From: Octopus vulgaris
Lineage: Eukaryota
Assembly: GCA_951406725.2 (NCBI GenBank)
Contig: OX597820.1
Coordinates: 120,094,001-120,158,000, forward strand
Direction of reading: 5' to 3'
DNA length: 64,000 bases
Positions 39,055 through 53,654 of the stretch are shown piece after piece. A program made the translations under genes and the position numbers. Position 1 is the first letter of the stretch. The number at the start of each line of letters is the position of its first letter. The notes beneath the pieces are model-generated. The model had not been told where the DNA came from. It did not search any database and was given only the letters and a program-made list of their open reading frames with translations.

Positions 39055-39670
39055 GATAAATAGAGAGATACTATTGCCAATCGAATAATTTATTTATATT
39101 ATAATATTACATGATATAGTATGAATATAATATAATATAACATAATATTATATAACATAAACAATTATTTTAAAAAAAACATAAAAGGCCAACAAATTGT
39201 TTCGATTTATATATATATTTTCTGATATACATACATACATAATAACAGTTCCATTATATAAAGTCACTTCAGGGTCATGCCTTAAAAATAGACAAAATTC
39301 AGTTTGAAAGGACGGCAGGATTGAATTTCGTCTACTTTTAAGCTATGACCCTGAAGAGGATTTATATATAAAGGAACTCTTTTCATGTATGTATAGCAGA
39401 AATAAATATATAAAAGTCGAAAGAAATTGTTGGGCTTTTATGTTTTTTTAATAATTTGTTTATGTTATATAATATTATGTTGTATCATATTCATAGTATA
39501 TCATGTAATATTATGATATAAATAAATCATTGGATTGTCAATAGTATCTCTCTATTTAATTTATCATTATAGTTACATTATACCAATATTTATATGATAT
39601 TCAACTGAGGTAACAGTGAATTGGATGATTAACACAACCCTTTGAAGGATCTCTCTTCCTCAGTTTGTTA
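39055..39670. mobile_element. Foldback element with ~240-bp arms and a decayed hammerhead in each arm
   Basis: Arms 39055-39295 / 39325-39565. Plus 39347-39435: gacc-CUGAAGA-ggauuuuauaua...uauaaaaguc-GAAA-gaaauug-uu-gggc. Minus 39187-39276: gacc-CUGAAGU-gacuuuauaua...uauauaaauc-GAAA-caauuug-uu-ggcc. Confidence 0.75.
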
Positions 39671-39781
39671 TTTATATGCATATATATGTATGTGCGTTTG
39701 TGTGTGCGTGTATATATATACAATAAATAATAATTACATATATATATATATATTATAGTAAATAATGCATAGTATAAATGG

Positions 39782-40311
<530 letters not shown>

Positions 40312-41598
40312 CGTGCATATATGGGTGCAGGATATCAGCAACCTTCCAAACAACATGAAATACGTAAACAAACGGGTTAAATACATAAACAATAAAAGTG
40401 GTGAACCGGACAAGTAAACACAAATAAAGGACCCTTCATCAGTTGTCGTTTGTCTACTCCTCATCTCGAGCATTTCTAGGACAATATGAATCTTCAAAGA
40501 CAGTTGCTCCCATAAGTTCTAAAATAAAATGTCAGTGGAGACATATGAAGAAAGCGAACGAAAACAAAAATGGAGGGTCGATAGAAACGCCAGACAAACA
40601 TTCGCAAATTTGTCGAAAATTTCCTCCAACATTCCTGTTAGAGCTTATAGCTTGTACTGCCAACATGAATGAAAAAACAAATGAAACCATCTTTCAGATT
40701 ATGCCTCAAGGACAGCGTTGCACGTGTGAGCCGTTCATAATAGTCCGTGTCCTCATCTCAGAAAAATACTAAATATTTTCATTTTTGTAAATGCAAAACT
40801 AAAATATTAATTCGAATATTTACAAATTTTCGCCGGAAATTGTCTGCCTTTGCGTCAATAAGCGAAAAAGTTTGTATTTATGCAAGTTTAATAAATATGA
40901 GAAACACAAAAATATTTCTCTGGCAGGCATCCAATTTAATGGAATTAAAATTCTTTTGCTATTAAAGGGAAGATATAGCTAGCTAGTTAGTTACATAGAT
41001 AGATACGTGCTCACATGCATACATCCATACATACACACACATAAACATAGAAAACTATGTGTGCACACGTGTGTTTATGTATGTGTGTATGCAAGTATGT
41101 ATATGTCTGTGTAATTTCTTCCAACGCACTGTTGTGTGTACTTTTTATATGAAAATTGCACAAGTATTCTTCATAAATTTCATAATTTACATATACAAAC
41201 GATAAACAGATTGTACACTCCATAATGTAATTACGGAATTTATAAAAAATTTATGCAATAAATTTTAAATTATTGAACATTGAAATTCCGGCATTCAGAT
41301 TGCTTTTCCAAAATTCCTCCAACTCACCGTGGCCTCCCCCCCCACCACCAAGAAGTGAGAAGGCATTACTATTTACCGTGGACATGAGTTATTTTCTCAA
41401 AAATTAAACTATTCCTTAATGGTCAGACAGGTAAAATTATTCTTGGGCAAATATATTACTGTTATAACACTGAAAATATCTGAATAACAGTGGAAACTTG
41501 TTGCAGTTGTAGTAAGCGTTATTTCGATAAACGTATTAAGCCGTTAATAATACTGAAGGCCCAAAGCCTAGAGTAGATCATAGAATAGAATAGTGTAA

Positions 41599-42013
41599 GG
41601 CGGCGTGCGGGCAGAAACGTTACCACGCCGGGCGAAATGCGTAGCCGAATTTTGTCTGCCGTTACGTTCTGAGTTCAAATTCCGCTGAGGTCGACTTTGC
41701 CTGTCATCCTTTCGGTGTCTATAAATTAAGTACCAGTTACGCACTGGGGTCGATCTAATCCACTTAATCCCTTTGTCTGACCTTGTTTGTGCACTCTATG
41801 TTTGGCCCCTTGTGGGCAGTAAAGAAATAAGTATTTCGTCTGCCGTTATGTTCTGAGTTCAAATTCCGTCGAGGTCGACTTTGCCTGTCATCCTTTCGGG
41901 GTCGATAAATTAAGTACCAGTTACGCACTGGGGTCGATGTAATCGACATAATCCCTTTGTCTGTCCTTGTTTGTCCCCTCTATGTTTAGTCCCTTGTGGG
42001 CAACAGAGAAATA
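41599..42013 (+). mobile_element. SINE family A with two tandem body units
   Basis: Head plus two ~178-bp units; flanking aatagtgt repeated. Confidence 0.9.
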
Positions 42014-42170
42014 AGAATATAATAGTGTGAAGACGTTCACTCATCCAGGTGTTTGCAATTACAACTGTCATGTTTCTTTGGAGTAGAGATAAACACACAA
42101 ACAAAACACGCGAGTGTGTGAGTGCGTCTGGGTGCATGTATATGTGTGTGTGTATGTGTGTGTGTGTGTG

Positions 42171-42203
<33 letters not shown>

Positions 42204-42698
42204 AAATGCTTCTATAGAAATGAAATAATATGGATGTTTTACATTTTCATAAGTTTATGGAGAAAATTGCTTCGGTGAGAATATTTATTTCATTTCGGTA
42301 TTAAGTCAATAAATTTTATTTTCCAGCATCACAAAAGAAATATTAAATTAGAAAGCGTAAACATATCACTGCATAACGTTTTCTGCGTTTATTCGTTTCA
42401 GCTCTGGATATTGGCGTAAACGAAAGTGACTTAATAAATTGTTTATTGTAAATTGCCAACGGTGGTTTACTACATACACACATACATACAAACCTACATA
42501 AATACACATACATACGAACATACATCCACCCATGCACATATCCATACATCTATACATGCATAACATGCATACAAACATATATGTGTGGATATATCTACGT
42601 TTTCCTAAGCCTCCCAGCTCCTTGCGGCACCTGTACCGGATGATTTCATGTTTTTCTGATATTACTCCAGTCGATCTTTAACTAGAATACGGTGATAG

Positions 42699-44330
42699 CA
42701 CCGGTCTGTGAAATTGTTTTGGTAGTTGTATGTTATTTTATCTATATTTTTGGTGCTAATTTCAAATATGTAAAAAGCAGTTTCCAATTACCCAAAGATT
42801 TTTCACAATTTAATGATAAAATATACCATACTTTGTAGGTAATTTCACACATGGTAGGAATAAATGAAAGTAATAAAATGATTTTGGTATTAATTTAGCA
42901 AAATAGAAGACCACAAATGCAATTGAAAGGTATGAAAATAGATATTTTTAAGGGTTACATTCATTTATCCAGGTTCAATACTTCAAAATCTCTTCATTTT
43001 CACTCGGAATCTACGCATTGAACGCATTTTTTATTTGTGAGCATTTGAAGATCATTTACGAGGCAACATCCACCGATAAACAACCATGTTACTCACATTA
43101 CGTCTTCCCTAGTATTTATCTTCAAATTCCTTGATGCAAAGATTTCCCCAGCTCCACTCTCACGTTTCTCAAATTTTCCGGGAAAAAAATCAAACTGAAC
43201 TCCAATACTCATTTCTATTCTAAGGTATCGAACTTTTCCAGGATTCCTTCTACTGTGCCTTCGTAGATGGAATTCTTGAGAGTACCCATGTCCTTCATCA
43301 CATCATTGAAAAACTAATCTATGTATCTTTTTCAGAATCATTAAGAGAATTTTCCAAATGCTTATCCTTAACGAATTTCATTATATCTAGTCCTACAAAT
43401 ACTTTCCTTCAACTGTGGCGTCTGGTAGAGTATGAAACTTGCCATTCAAATACGTACCACACTCTCCATTCTGTGACAGAGCTTTTACGAATTGCTTCAT
43501 GAGGCCAAGTTTTATACACAGAGCAGGCAATAGAAACATTTTCAGATCTCGAAGGCGATTCCTTGTTTAACCGTTTTTTAACCGTATCCCTATATAGCCA
43601 TTCATTTTCAAACCAATAGAGGTTCCTGACTCTACTGTGCCATTAGCACACGAAACAAGGAACCATTATATACCTTATTGTTGTCCAAGTAACACGTTAA
43701 AAATTATTTTCACGTTGTTAACCTTGAATTTAATCGCCTGCAAGCGTGACACCAAATATTCATGTTTCCTTCATGATAAATGAGACCAACCGGGATGGGA
43801 GCAGTAGAATTCTATTTAAAGCATCGATGGTATCAATTCATCAGGTCTTCAATTGATACTCTCTCTTACTCTTTTACTTGTTTCAGTCATTTCACTGCGG
43901 CCATGCTGGAGCACCACCTTTTAGTCGAGCAACTCGACCCCGGGACTTATTCTTTTGTAATTTGATGCCAATTTTTTTCTATCAATTCTGATGAAGCTGC
44001 AGAGGAAACCATATAATTTTCTTTAGTGCACTAAAGAATAAATACTTTTCCGTTGGAATGATATGTGAGGAGCGAAAATATTCTTGGATTTAATTCCGGT
44101 AGCTCTACTGACTACTTTGCGAGTCCAAAATTTCTCACAAGATCGTTTAATTTACACAGGTTGAATAGTTCTCCAATTTCCCGGCTGTTCCAGCACCTGG
44201 TTATTAACATTTTCCACGTTTAAAGTTCTACTAACATTAAGACAAATTCTTATACCTTCTTTTCATAAGATTTATTATTTTTTCATATATCATTGATGTT
44301 GCCTTTGAAGGTGATTGCGATTGTAATTTT
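42699..44330 (-). pseudogene. Decayed Chapaev3-type (CMC superfamily) DNA transposon and transposase
   Basis: Minus-strand fragments LNDLVRNFGL, APIPVG, LLGQQ, PCFVC, FLLPALCIKLGLMKQFVKALSQNGECGTYL, VFVGLDIMKFVKD and FDFFPENL match Chapaev3 motifs recalled from memory (LLPPLHIKLGLMKQFVKAL; HLDFFPENLG). CAC-type terminus near 42699. Many stops and frameshifts. Confidence 0.8.
43858..43959 (-). mobile_element. SINE family B 3' fragment nested in the Chapaev3 remnant
   Basis: Tail sequence only. Confidence 0.85.
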
Positions 44331-44507
44331 GTATTACTTTGAATTGTTAATAGCATTCTTTGATATTAAACACTTGCGGTTGTTTACTTTATTGATAATG
44401 ATTTTAGTCCTCTTCTCACCATGAAATAAATCCTCGGTATTTTTTACAAGAGACTCTATTTCCTACCAACTTATATTAATAAATAAGACAATCTTCCTAA
44501 CAATAGT

Positions 44508-44815
44508 TTGTTTGTTTGTTCCTTCTCGAGCCATGCCTGGCTCATAAGGGCCGGTTTCCCGGTTTCTTGGCGTATAGGTTCCCCACCTGGACGGGACGCC
44601 GGTCCGTCGCAGGTGAGCTGCAAGATGCAGGAGGAAAGAGTGAGAGAAAGTCGTGGCGAAAGAGTCAGCAGAAGTTTCGCCATTACCTTCTGCCGGAGTC
44701 ACGTGGAGCTTAGGTGTTTCACTCATAAACACGCACATCGCCCGGTCTGAGATTCGAACCCACGAGCCCTCGACCGCGAGTCCGTCGTTCTAACCACTAG
44801 GCCATGTGCCTCCAC
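44508..44815 (-). mobile_element. SINE family C, tail type 3
   Basis: 13-bp TSD tcctaacaatagt at 44495-44507 and 44816-44828. Confidence 0.93.
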
Positions 44816-44858
44816 TCCTAACAATAGTGTATTATGTAAATCCCTAATTAATTAGAAG

Positions 44859-45254
44859 TATTTATATATAAAAGTGAAGTTGTGTGTCTGTCTCCTACGA
44901 TTTAGATTCCTAACTACTCCCACATTTTGCGGTGCAGTTTAACCAAAACCGGGTATCTTATAGTCGTGATTCATATCGAGCCCTTCTGGGTATTAGCGCG
45001 TGTATACGATGAGTCTACGATTTTAAAAATAATTTACCATCAATTTTTCCCATTTTTAATGCATTTTTGGCATATATAAGGAAAGTAACTCTCTAAAAAT
45101 TTATTATTAAATTTCAGAACGTAAAATGCCACAGTAACACCCCCCCCCCTTTTTGGTTAGCCATATTGAGATGGCTATTATACTTTACATCTCTAAAAAT
45201 GCTTATATAGTTATTTCCCTTACAAACCCGAGCAACGCCGGGCGATACTGCTAG
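44859..45254 (+). mobile_element. Non-autonomous Helitron-like element
   Basis: Close match to 47206-47606; 3' hairpin cccgagcaacgccggg plus CTAG|T. Confidence 0.85.
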
Positions 45255-45800
45255 TATCAGATATAATTTGATCAATTTAAACCATGTCCTCTTAAATTAC
45301 GAAAGAACACAATGTAATCTTCAACAACCCTAAAGAATAGTCTCCGGCGTTGAACAGCGGATAAACGTTTATGATTATCTTTCAAATTCAGTTTAACACC
45401 TTCCTATGAAAATCACATTCTGTGATACAGGATATTCAACCTTAACGCGAATCGAGCCACTAAGTACTCGTATGTATTTTCGGCCTCTAAATTTAGGATG
45501 CAGATATATGAGGCACGTCCTTGAACGACCAGGTTCCGTTATAAAGTGGAAAGTAATATTGTTATAACCCCATTTGAGTTATAATAACATGACATTCAAG
45601 TGTATAAAGACAGAGTTCTCTCTACGTATCTCTGTTACAAATCTATTTCATTCTCTAATAAATCATTAAAGAAATTCCTACATATAACTTGGGCAAGAAT
45701 ATCATAAAACAGAGCAACAATGGAGGAAGAGGCCAATTAGCAAGTCATAATAGTCTGACTGACCTCATATGATCTGCTGCCACTTCAACCTAGGAGATAA

Positions 45801-46586
45801 TTCTATTTCTTTAATACCCACAAAGGGCTAAACACAGAGATGACAAACAAGGACAGACAAACGGATTAAGTCGATTATATCGACCCCAGTGTGTAACTGG
45901 TACTTCATTTATCGTCCCCGAAAATATGAAAGGCAAAGTTGACCTCAGTGGAATTTGAACTCAGAACGTAGCGGCAGACGAAATACCTTTTTCACTACTA
46001 CCCACAAGGGGCTAAACACAGAGATGACAAACAAGGACAGACAAACGGATTAAGTCGATTATATCGATCCCAGTGCGTAACTGGTACTTAATTTATCGAC
46101 CCCGAAATGATGAAAGGCAAAGTCGACCTCGGCGGAATTTGAACTCAGAACGTAGCGGCTTACGAAATACCTTTTTCTTTACTACCCACAAAGGGCTAAA
46201 CACAGAAATGACAAACAAGGACAGACAGACGGATTAAGTCGATTATATCGACCCCAGTGCGTAACTGGTACTTAATTTATCGACCCCGAAAATATGAAAG
46301 GCAAAGTTGACCTCAGCGGAATTTGAACTCAGAACGTAGCGGCAGACGAAATACCTTCTTCTTTACTACCCACAAGGGGCTAAACACAGAGATGACAAAC
46401 AAGGACAGACAAAGGGATTAAGTCGATTATATCGATCCCAGTGCGTACCTGGTACTTAATTTATCGACCCCGAAAGGATGAACGGCAAAGTCGACCTCGG
46501 CGGAATTTGAACTCAGAACGTAACGGCTTACGAAATACGGCTACGCATTTCGCCCGGCGTGCTAACGTTTCTGCTAGCTCACCGCG
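45801..46586 (-). mobile_element. SINE family A with four tandem body units
   Basis: One head at the right end and four ~180-bp units, inside a single 13-bp TSD aacctaggagata (45787-45799, 46589-46601). Confidence 0.92.
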
Positions 46587-47205
46587 TTAACCTAGGAGAT
46601 ATTTCACCATATATTTGAAGTCCTTTTCCTAATTATATTCCAAAATATAATCCAAGATGACTATTTGGTAAGAGAATATTCGTGCTTGCGTTACCTTTTA
46701 TAAAATGCCATCGTAGTTTAGGTGAATTGGTTGTTAGATAGTGGTAGGTGGTTTTGCTATGCTTGTGAACGTTGTATCACACAAGTCCCAAAATATATAA
46801 AATGTTTGATAATATATAGCCTTTTTCTTAAATCTGGAGCAAATGAAACTATTTCCTACAGTGTATATTGCAGCAAGTTATTTTAATGCATTTTCAAAAT
46901 AATTTAGTATTGTCATTTTTCCCATTTATTGTGGGAAAGACAGTTTCTTTATTTTTCCCCTCAGTTCATTTGGTGAAAATTAAATGAAAGGCAATAGCAC
47001 ATATATTTGCACGTATCTTATCTTCTATATAAGCCAATTACATTTATATAGAGATAGAGCGAGTACCAAAATAACTTGACTTAATACTAAACTGATTATC
47101 GCATGCTTTATAAAAGAAATGATAAATGTACTTAGTAGACCAACTCAATGCAGGTGTTATTAAGTTCATCCTAATTTCATTTCCGTGTGCGATCTTTTAT
47201 GCAAA

Positions 47206-47606
47206 TCTTTATATATAAAAGTAAAGTTGTGTGCTGTCTGTCTCCTACGATTTAGATTCCTAACTACTCTCACATTTTGCGGTGCAGTTTAACCAAAACC
47301 GGGTATCTTATAGTCGTGATTCATATCGAGCCCTTCTGGGTATTAGCGCGTGTCTACGATGAGTCTAAGATTTAAAAACAAAATTACCATCAATTTTTTC
47401 GATTTTTAATGCATTTTTTCGATATTATATAAGGGAAGTAACTCTCTAAAAATGTATTATTAAATCTTAGAACGTAAAAAGCTACAGTAACACCACCCCC
47501 CTTTGTGGTTAGCCATATTGAGATGGCTATTATACTTTACATCTCTGAAAATGCTTATATAGTTATTTCCCTTACAAACCCGAGCAACGCTGGGCGATAC
47601 TGCTAG
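47206..47606 (+). mobile_element. Non-autonomous Helitron-like element
   Basis: A|TC...CTAG|T termini, subterminal hairpin, no TSD. Confidence 0.88.
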
Positions 47607-48400
47607 TATCATATATGAAGTACAATCATTTTACATTTCTTTTAGCATCAGTATCGTTTTTATTTCACAGGTTTCCCTTCAGAAGTTAATGGATTCTCTT
47701 TTGCAGGCTGGTGCCTTGATATGAATTCTTCTATACGCTCAAGATGCCGTTAAATACCCACAGATGACCAAAATATTGATCACAGACCTGAGTTATGTAT
47801 TTGGAAACCTAATGACATTTTATGATTAACTTTTTGGGAGCAGGATATTTGGCTCGCATTTTGAGATCATTACATCAGGCCTCATTGTTTTTCCTTGCAA
47901 AGTTGGAATGTTGTTTTATCAGACAATGGGTAAAGATGTACGTATTTGTTTAGCCTCGGCTATTTTATAAAATAGCTCAAAGCCCAATATAAAATGTCCT
48001 CCACGCCAGTAAAACTGCCGTAGATTTTAATATTGAAGCTCGTCTCATGATATACTGAGAAACAGTAAAACAGCAAGAATAATAGCAATGTTTTCTACGA
48101 GATCTTCCATTCAGTTGACACAAAATGTAAGTAGGACTACAGTGAGTATTAAGAGGTGTCTTACGAAACGCAGATTGGGCCACGTATATAATGCGTTCAC
48201 TTTGCTCCAAAGTCGAGTTATGCATACGGGCATGATATATCATGAATTAGGACTTAATTTAAAGTATTTACCATTCTTCTACCTTCGATATCACACAAAC
48301 ACGCATGTAAATACATACATAAATACTTACATGCATACATACATATATGCATATATACATATATATATATTTATGTATGTTTGTAGATACATAAATATAT

Positions 48401-48449
<49 letters not shown>

Positions 48450-48655
48450 AAATGAATATGTAAATTATTCTAATAATATCTTTCATTGTATAACGTGTAA
48501 TACAAAGAATCGTGGACGTACATGTGGTATACAGTCTTTTGTGGCTACACACAAAATTTACGTTAACTATTAGACAAGCATTAACACACACATACAATAA
48601 AATATGTTTGTATGTATACCTACCAACACGCATACATATAGACGTATATATATAC

Positions 48656-48692
<37 letters not shown>

Positions 48693-50209
48693 GTTAATCC
48701 AAACATGAAAACATAAAGAGAATATATATATATATATACACATACATACACACACATACACATACACACACACATATATATATATATATATAGTTAGGGG
48801 TGTATATATATATATATGTACGTGTGTATGTTATATGCATATATAGGCAAAACGAGAAAGAGTAGTGAACGTATAAGAAGGAAAAGAAAGCGTATTTTCC
48901 TTTCTTTGGTGATAAAACTTTCGTGCAAATATTTAAATGAGCCAAACTATTTGCTAATAGTTACCTGCGAATCTTGTTTCGTTGCTGTTCCTTCATTGTA
49001 TGAAACGTGATAGAAAGGCTTGAAAAACCTATTTCGTGACGAAATTGTACATTCGACATTCCTTTGTAGAAGTGCGTTAACCGATGAAACAAAGAAGTTG
49101 AGAAAACCGTTCCCAATACACCATTGCACGCTACGCACCAAAAATACACACCAACAGGCTGCAACACACTACGCATTAGGTCGAATGTTCACCAAAGAGT
49201 TGTAAAAGAGCAATTTATTTCATCGTTACGATTAAGAGAATTGGATATAGCTGTAAGTTCCAGCAGAGAATTGCGCTGTTTTTTTTTTCCCCATTTGGTG
49301 CTGTTATTGATGGTTGTGACAAGGATGTCGTGTTTGTTATCAGTGGCTTTAGATGAAGCAACAGTGGTGATGGTGCTGCGGGGGGGGACTATTCTGGCAT
49401 TATGGTATCTGTGATGGAGGTAGATGTGTTTGAATCGTTACAAAATTTGGCGCGTATACGTCATTATATAAAGCTAGAATACGCGGGATTTCTCAACACT
49501 GAATTATCAGAGAATTGTATACACGTAAGTCATTGTCTTGCTCTGTGTTTCACACTTCCATGGATCGATAGTCTTGCAGAGGATGGGATTACATATATTA
49601 TTAAGCAATCATGAGTTGCAGATAAATATGGTAAACCTCGTGGTGTGCTGGTGTTGTTTTACGCAAGTATTACATAACGGATTGTAGGTCGGAGTGTGAT
49701 GTTACTGTGTTCATACGACGTTTTAATGGTTATGTCGTTAGTAAAAGTAACATAAAAAGGAATCACTGGAGTTTGAGGTGCATCTAATCGGGATTATTTA
49801 TAAACAGTAATTTTAGATGGAATTACATGAAATGGTGTTTACTTGATGTTGGAAAGTTGTTATATTGGATATAGAATGTGTGTTTGAGTCTATTCTACTT
49901 TCGTTTTCTCAAATCCCCCGGCAAAACATACTTCTCTACAGACGACAAGCGCATACATTAAGGAATGTCTTCACCCCCGGACTCTATCTCACGCGCGCAC
50001 ACACACACAAACATACACGAAAGTGGGATGGAAATTTAATAGGCTGAGTATGAAGGAGTGGTGCTAAAGCCGCCAAAAATAGTGCATGCATTAATTTCAA
50101 ATCTTTTTATATTTAAAAACTTCATTGATTCTTTCGAGTTAAACCGACAACTGACTAATTAAAAAAAGGTTTAAAGTCTAACTTGTAGCGACTTCTCTTA
50201 AAAATGAAC

Positions 50210-51202
50210 AAAACATGGCAATATGATGTTTTCAAGTGTATACAGCAAAAGTAATTAGCCCTACCAAGAACATTCATGCAACAACATTGCTAAAGTTGGT
50301 AACAACATTTAGGAGGGGAAAAATACAGTTTTGATGATAGCCCAAGGACTGGGCGTTTTACAACTGCCAGCACCGAGAAAAAACTTTGATCGTTTTCAAC
50401 AGATGGTGATGGATGACAGGAGAATGATTGACTACTATGCATGGAATAGCTTCTGCTATAAGCATATTTCATGAGAAGGTTCAGAATATCCTCCACAACG
50501 AAATTGACATGATGAATGCTTCTGCCCTGTGAATGCCATATCGTCTGACATCTGATTAAAGTGGACAGGTAAATTCCACATTGTTATACGCATATCCTGT
50601 TAGTTTTCTTGAACGCTTCTTATCCCAGGTCAGGGTAAGTGTAGGGTTCATCACTTTGAACCAGAGATTAAATGACGATCCATGCAGTGGAATCATCCCT
50701 CAGAACCTGCTCCAAACGAGGCCAAGTTTGTTTCATCTGTAGAGAAATTGATGGACTCAGTTTTTTAGTTTCAAAAAACAATGTGCTTATTGCGTACTTT
50801 TAGACCAGGAAAACTGCCGAAAGGGTTCTCTTTTCATAGGGACAATGCTCCGGCACACAAGTCCTTCGTTGCAATGCCTACCATGTGTGACCGTGGTTTT
50901 GAACTAATTAATCAGCCTCCCAATTTTCCTCATTCACCCTCATCTTACAATCTTCTGTTCCGCAACACAAAAATACTCTTGAATGGAAACCGGTATCGCA
51001 GTTATGACGACGACATATCTGCTGTTGGTAATATTTTAGACCAACAGTGCGAGAGCTCCTTCATAAATGGGATCCAAGCGCTGAGATACTGTTGGAAGAC
51101 GTGTGAGCACCGCAAGAGGGACTTTGTTGTAAAATAAATCTCATTTGGTCACATTCCATGGGAGGATCCTGGCCAGCTTATGAACGTTTCAGCCGACCCT
51201 TC
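50210..51202 (+). pseudogene. Decayed mariner (Tc1/mariner) transposon
   Basis: Fragments DDSPRTGR, VHHFEPE..SMQW, FHRDNAPAHKS, GFELINQPPNFPHSPSSYNLLF (decayed HPPYSPDLAPSDY.LF) and GIQALRYCWKTC. TIR-like end ...ttcagccgacccttc|TA. The 5' boundary is uncertain. Confidence 0.85.
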
Positions 51203-51818
51203 TACGTATGTGTGTGTATGCATATTTGTTTACGTTTATTACGTGCATTAATTAGAAGTTATACACATATAGACATCATATACATACACAGGTCTTATAT
51301 ATATATAATACGTTTTCTCGGGTCATATTTTGGGTTTTGTTTGTATTTCTCGCGAATGATGTATTCTGTTCAGTTGATGTGTATTATAAATTATCGTGTA
51401 TCTGCCAACATCCAATATCTCGGGTTGCTAAATGTGAGAGATCGTACGTTGAGGATTATGTAACCTCGAATTATTTTATCCTTTATTACCCAGAAGTTGT
51501 AACAACTCCAATTGTCACTGAAAAAATTGTCTGCCGTACAGTTTTAATGAGTTGTTGTGTCATCACGTTTATAACATCTGTCGTAGAAAAAAGCAGCGAG
51601 CTGGTAGAATCTTTAGGACGCTGGGCAGAATTTCGTCAGTCTCAACATTCTGAATGCAAATTTCTCAGAATACGAATTTCGTCAATTTAAAGAACAGGGC
51701 CTCTCCCACAAGACTGCTGGTCTTGAGCCAAAATTTGAAACTAATATTTCTTGTAGAAAAATATTAAACGTTATTTCGATTTTGAGAGGAATAACGAATT
51801 GGTATAATTTTATGGAAG

Positions 51819-52048
51819 GTGGCGAGCTGGCAGAATCGTTAGCACGCCGGGCGAAATACGTAGCCGTATTTCGTCTGCTGTTACGTTCTGAGTTCAAATT
51901 CCGCCGAGGTCGACTTTGCCTTTCATCCTTCCGGGGTCGATAAATTAAGTACCAGTTACGCACTGGGGTCGATGTAATCGTCTTAATCCGTTTGTCTGTC
52001 CTTGTTTGTCCTCTCTGTGTTTAGCCCCTTGTGGGTAGTAAAGAAATA
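51819..52048 (+). mobile_element. SINE family A, single-unit full copy
   Basis: TSD ggtataattttatg at 51801-51814 and 52049-52062. Confidence 0.93.
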
Positions 52049-53298
52049 GGTATAATTTTATGTGGCAACTATACTGAGCAGTTTCTCTTATTTCATACAT
52101 AGAACCAACTAATATCAGTGATAATAGTTCCCACTGTTCACAAAGTAGTATGCCTATATTGTCAAATGAGATCCAACCGTACGCCCTCAGCGTTTAAGAT
52201 ACCAGTCATGAACTCAGGGTGTGGCGAAATGTGAACTCTCGGTGAGTTGATTCGAAACAGATCAGCTTTTAGTAATCGGATTCTTTATATAATGAAATTG
52301 GTAGATTATAACTTCTAATGTCCAAGCATTTATTAGGAAATATCTAAAGGTTTGAGGTTTGGTTTTTAACCGGAATAAATTTATTTGTCTTTGCCGTTTC
52401 TAGTTTTGATATTTCTCTCGATACTGCTGAGAGGATATATGAAGGCATTAAAATCACACAAACGAATTGATATATACAGGCACACACAGACACACGGAGA
52501 AACACATCTAAATACGCAGACCCAAAACGCACAAATAAGTACACACGTGAACAAAAATAAACATTAGCACACTCATACATAAACAGACGTGGTTTTACTG
52601 GCAGCTTTCTATTGTCTTTCGCGAATATAAAGCAAATACAGGAAGCTAATGCTTTCTAAATGACCACAACGAAAAGGAACCAATTTTACACTTACATTTC
52701 TGTTCTGTTCTATTTACGTTCGTTTAAGGCATCATCTCTGAAGACACTCTTGACACAAAAGTCACGTTCAGGTCACATATCTTAGAAAACAATCACGAAG
52801 ACAATTTTAATGAAAAAAATATTATTATTTTCCAAGATTTGCTTCACTCGTAGCCATTAACATTGGATATCTTGTAAGTGGAACAAAATTCTCCAAGGAG
52901 AGAAAACACATAATTGAGATGGGTGATATTTATTTGTCTTTCTTAGTATTGGAAAAATCGGATCTCCCTTTATCGCTTCCTCATTGTCAATCTCTTGGGG
53001 TCTGAGTCGAAAGAAAACCTACTCTTCTATTCACTAATTTTCTTCATTCAACTCATTCTCTCTCTCCCTGCGGGTTCGTACGATTTATTTATTTCCATCC
53101 ACATCAAATATCGGTTCTTATTACCAATATTATTATCGGTTCCAGATTAGATTCCATACGATTCTCGTTCAAACAATCCCATCCATTGACGAATATATAC
53201 GTGTATGTATCTATGCATGTATGTATGCATTTATGTATTATGTACGCGTATACACACAGGCATATACATTTATACATTATATACACATGCATGCATTC

Positions 53299-53356
<58 letters not shown>

Positions 53357-53384
53357 CATACATATATATATATATATATTTATA

Positions 53385-53592
53385 TCGCCATGTTGAATCG
53401 CTAGCTTCTGCACGCATTTTTTCTCTCCTTATTTCTCTCCGTGTTTCTTTTCTGTGTATCTTTCTGTCCAAGAGCGTAGGCTCGAAAGGTAAAAGACATG
53501 TTTTATTTCTATTCCTGAGCGCCATATTAATACAATTGTTAGTTTGTACTCCACCTGCCTTCGTCTTTTGTTTATTTTCATAAAGCTTCCCG

Positions 53593-53593
<1 letters not shown>
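53385..53593 (+). mobile_element. Family G copy (fold at 53459-53496)
   Basis: ucuuuCUGUCCAAgagcguaggcucGAAAGGUAaaaga; lies between (TA)n tracts. Confidence 0.75.
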
Positions 53594-53647
<54 letters not shown>

Positions 53648-53654
53648 AAAAAAG

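Noticed and set aside
40322-40530. TA-flanked segment with minus-strand ctgatgaaggg
   Set aside because: No matching GAAA/stem III or second copy in the window. Probably a repeat remnant but not classifiable here.
43985-44012. ctgatgaagctgcagaggaaac resembling a hammerhead core
   Set aside because: No stem II or stem I pairing, and it lies inside the Chapaev3 remnant.
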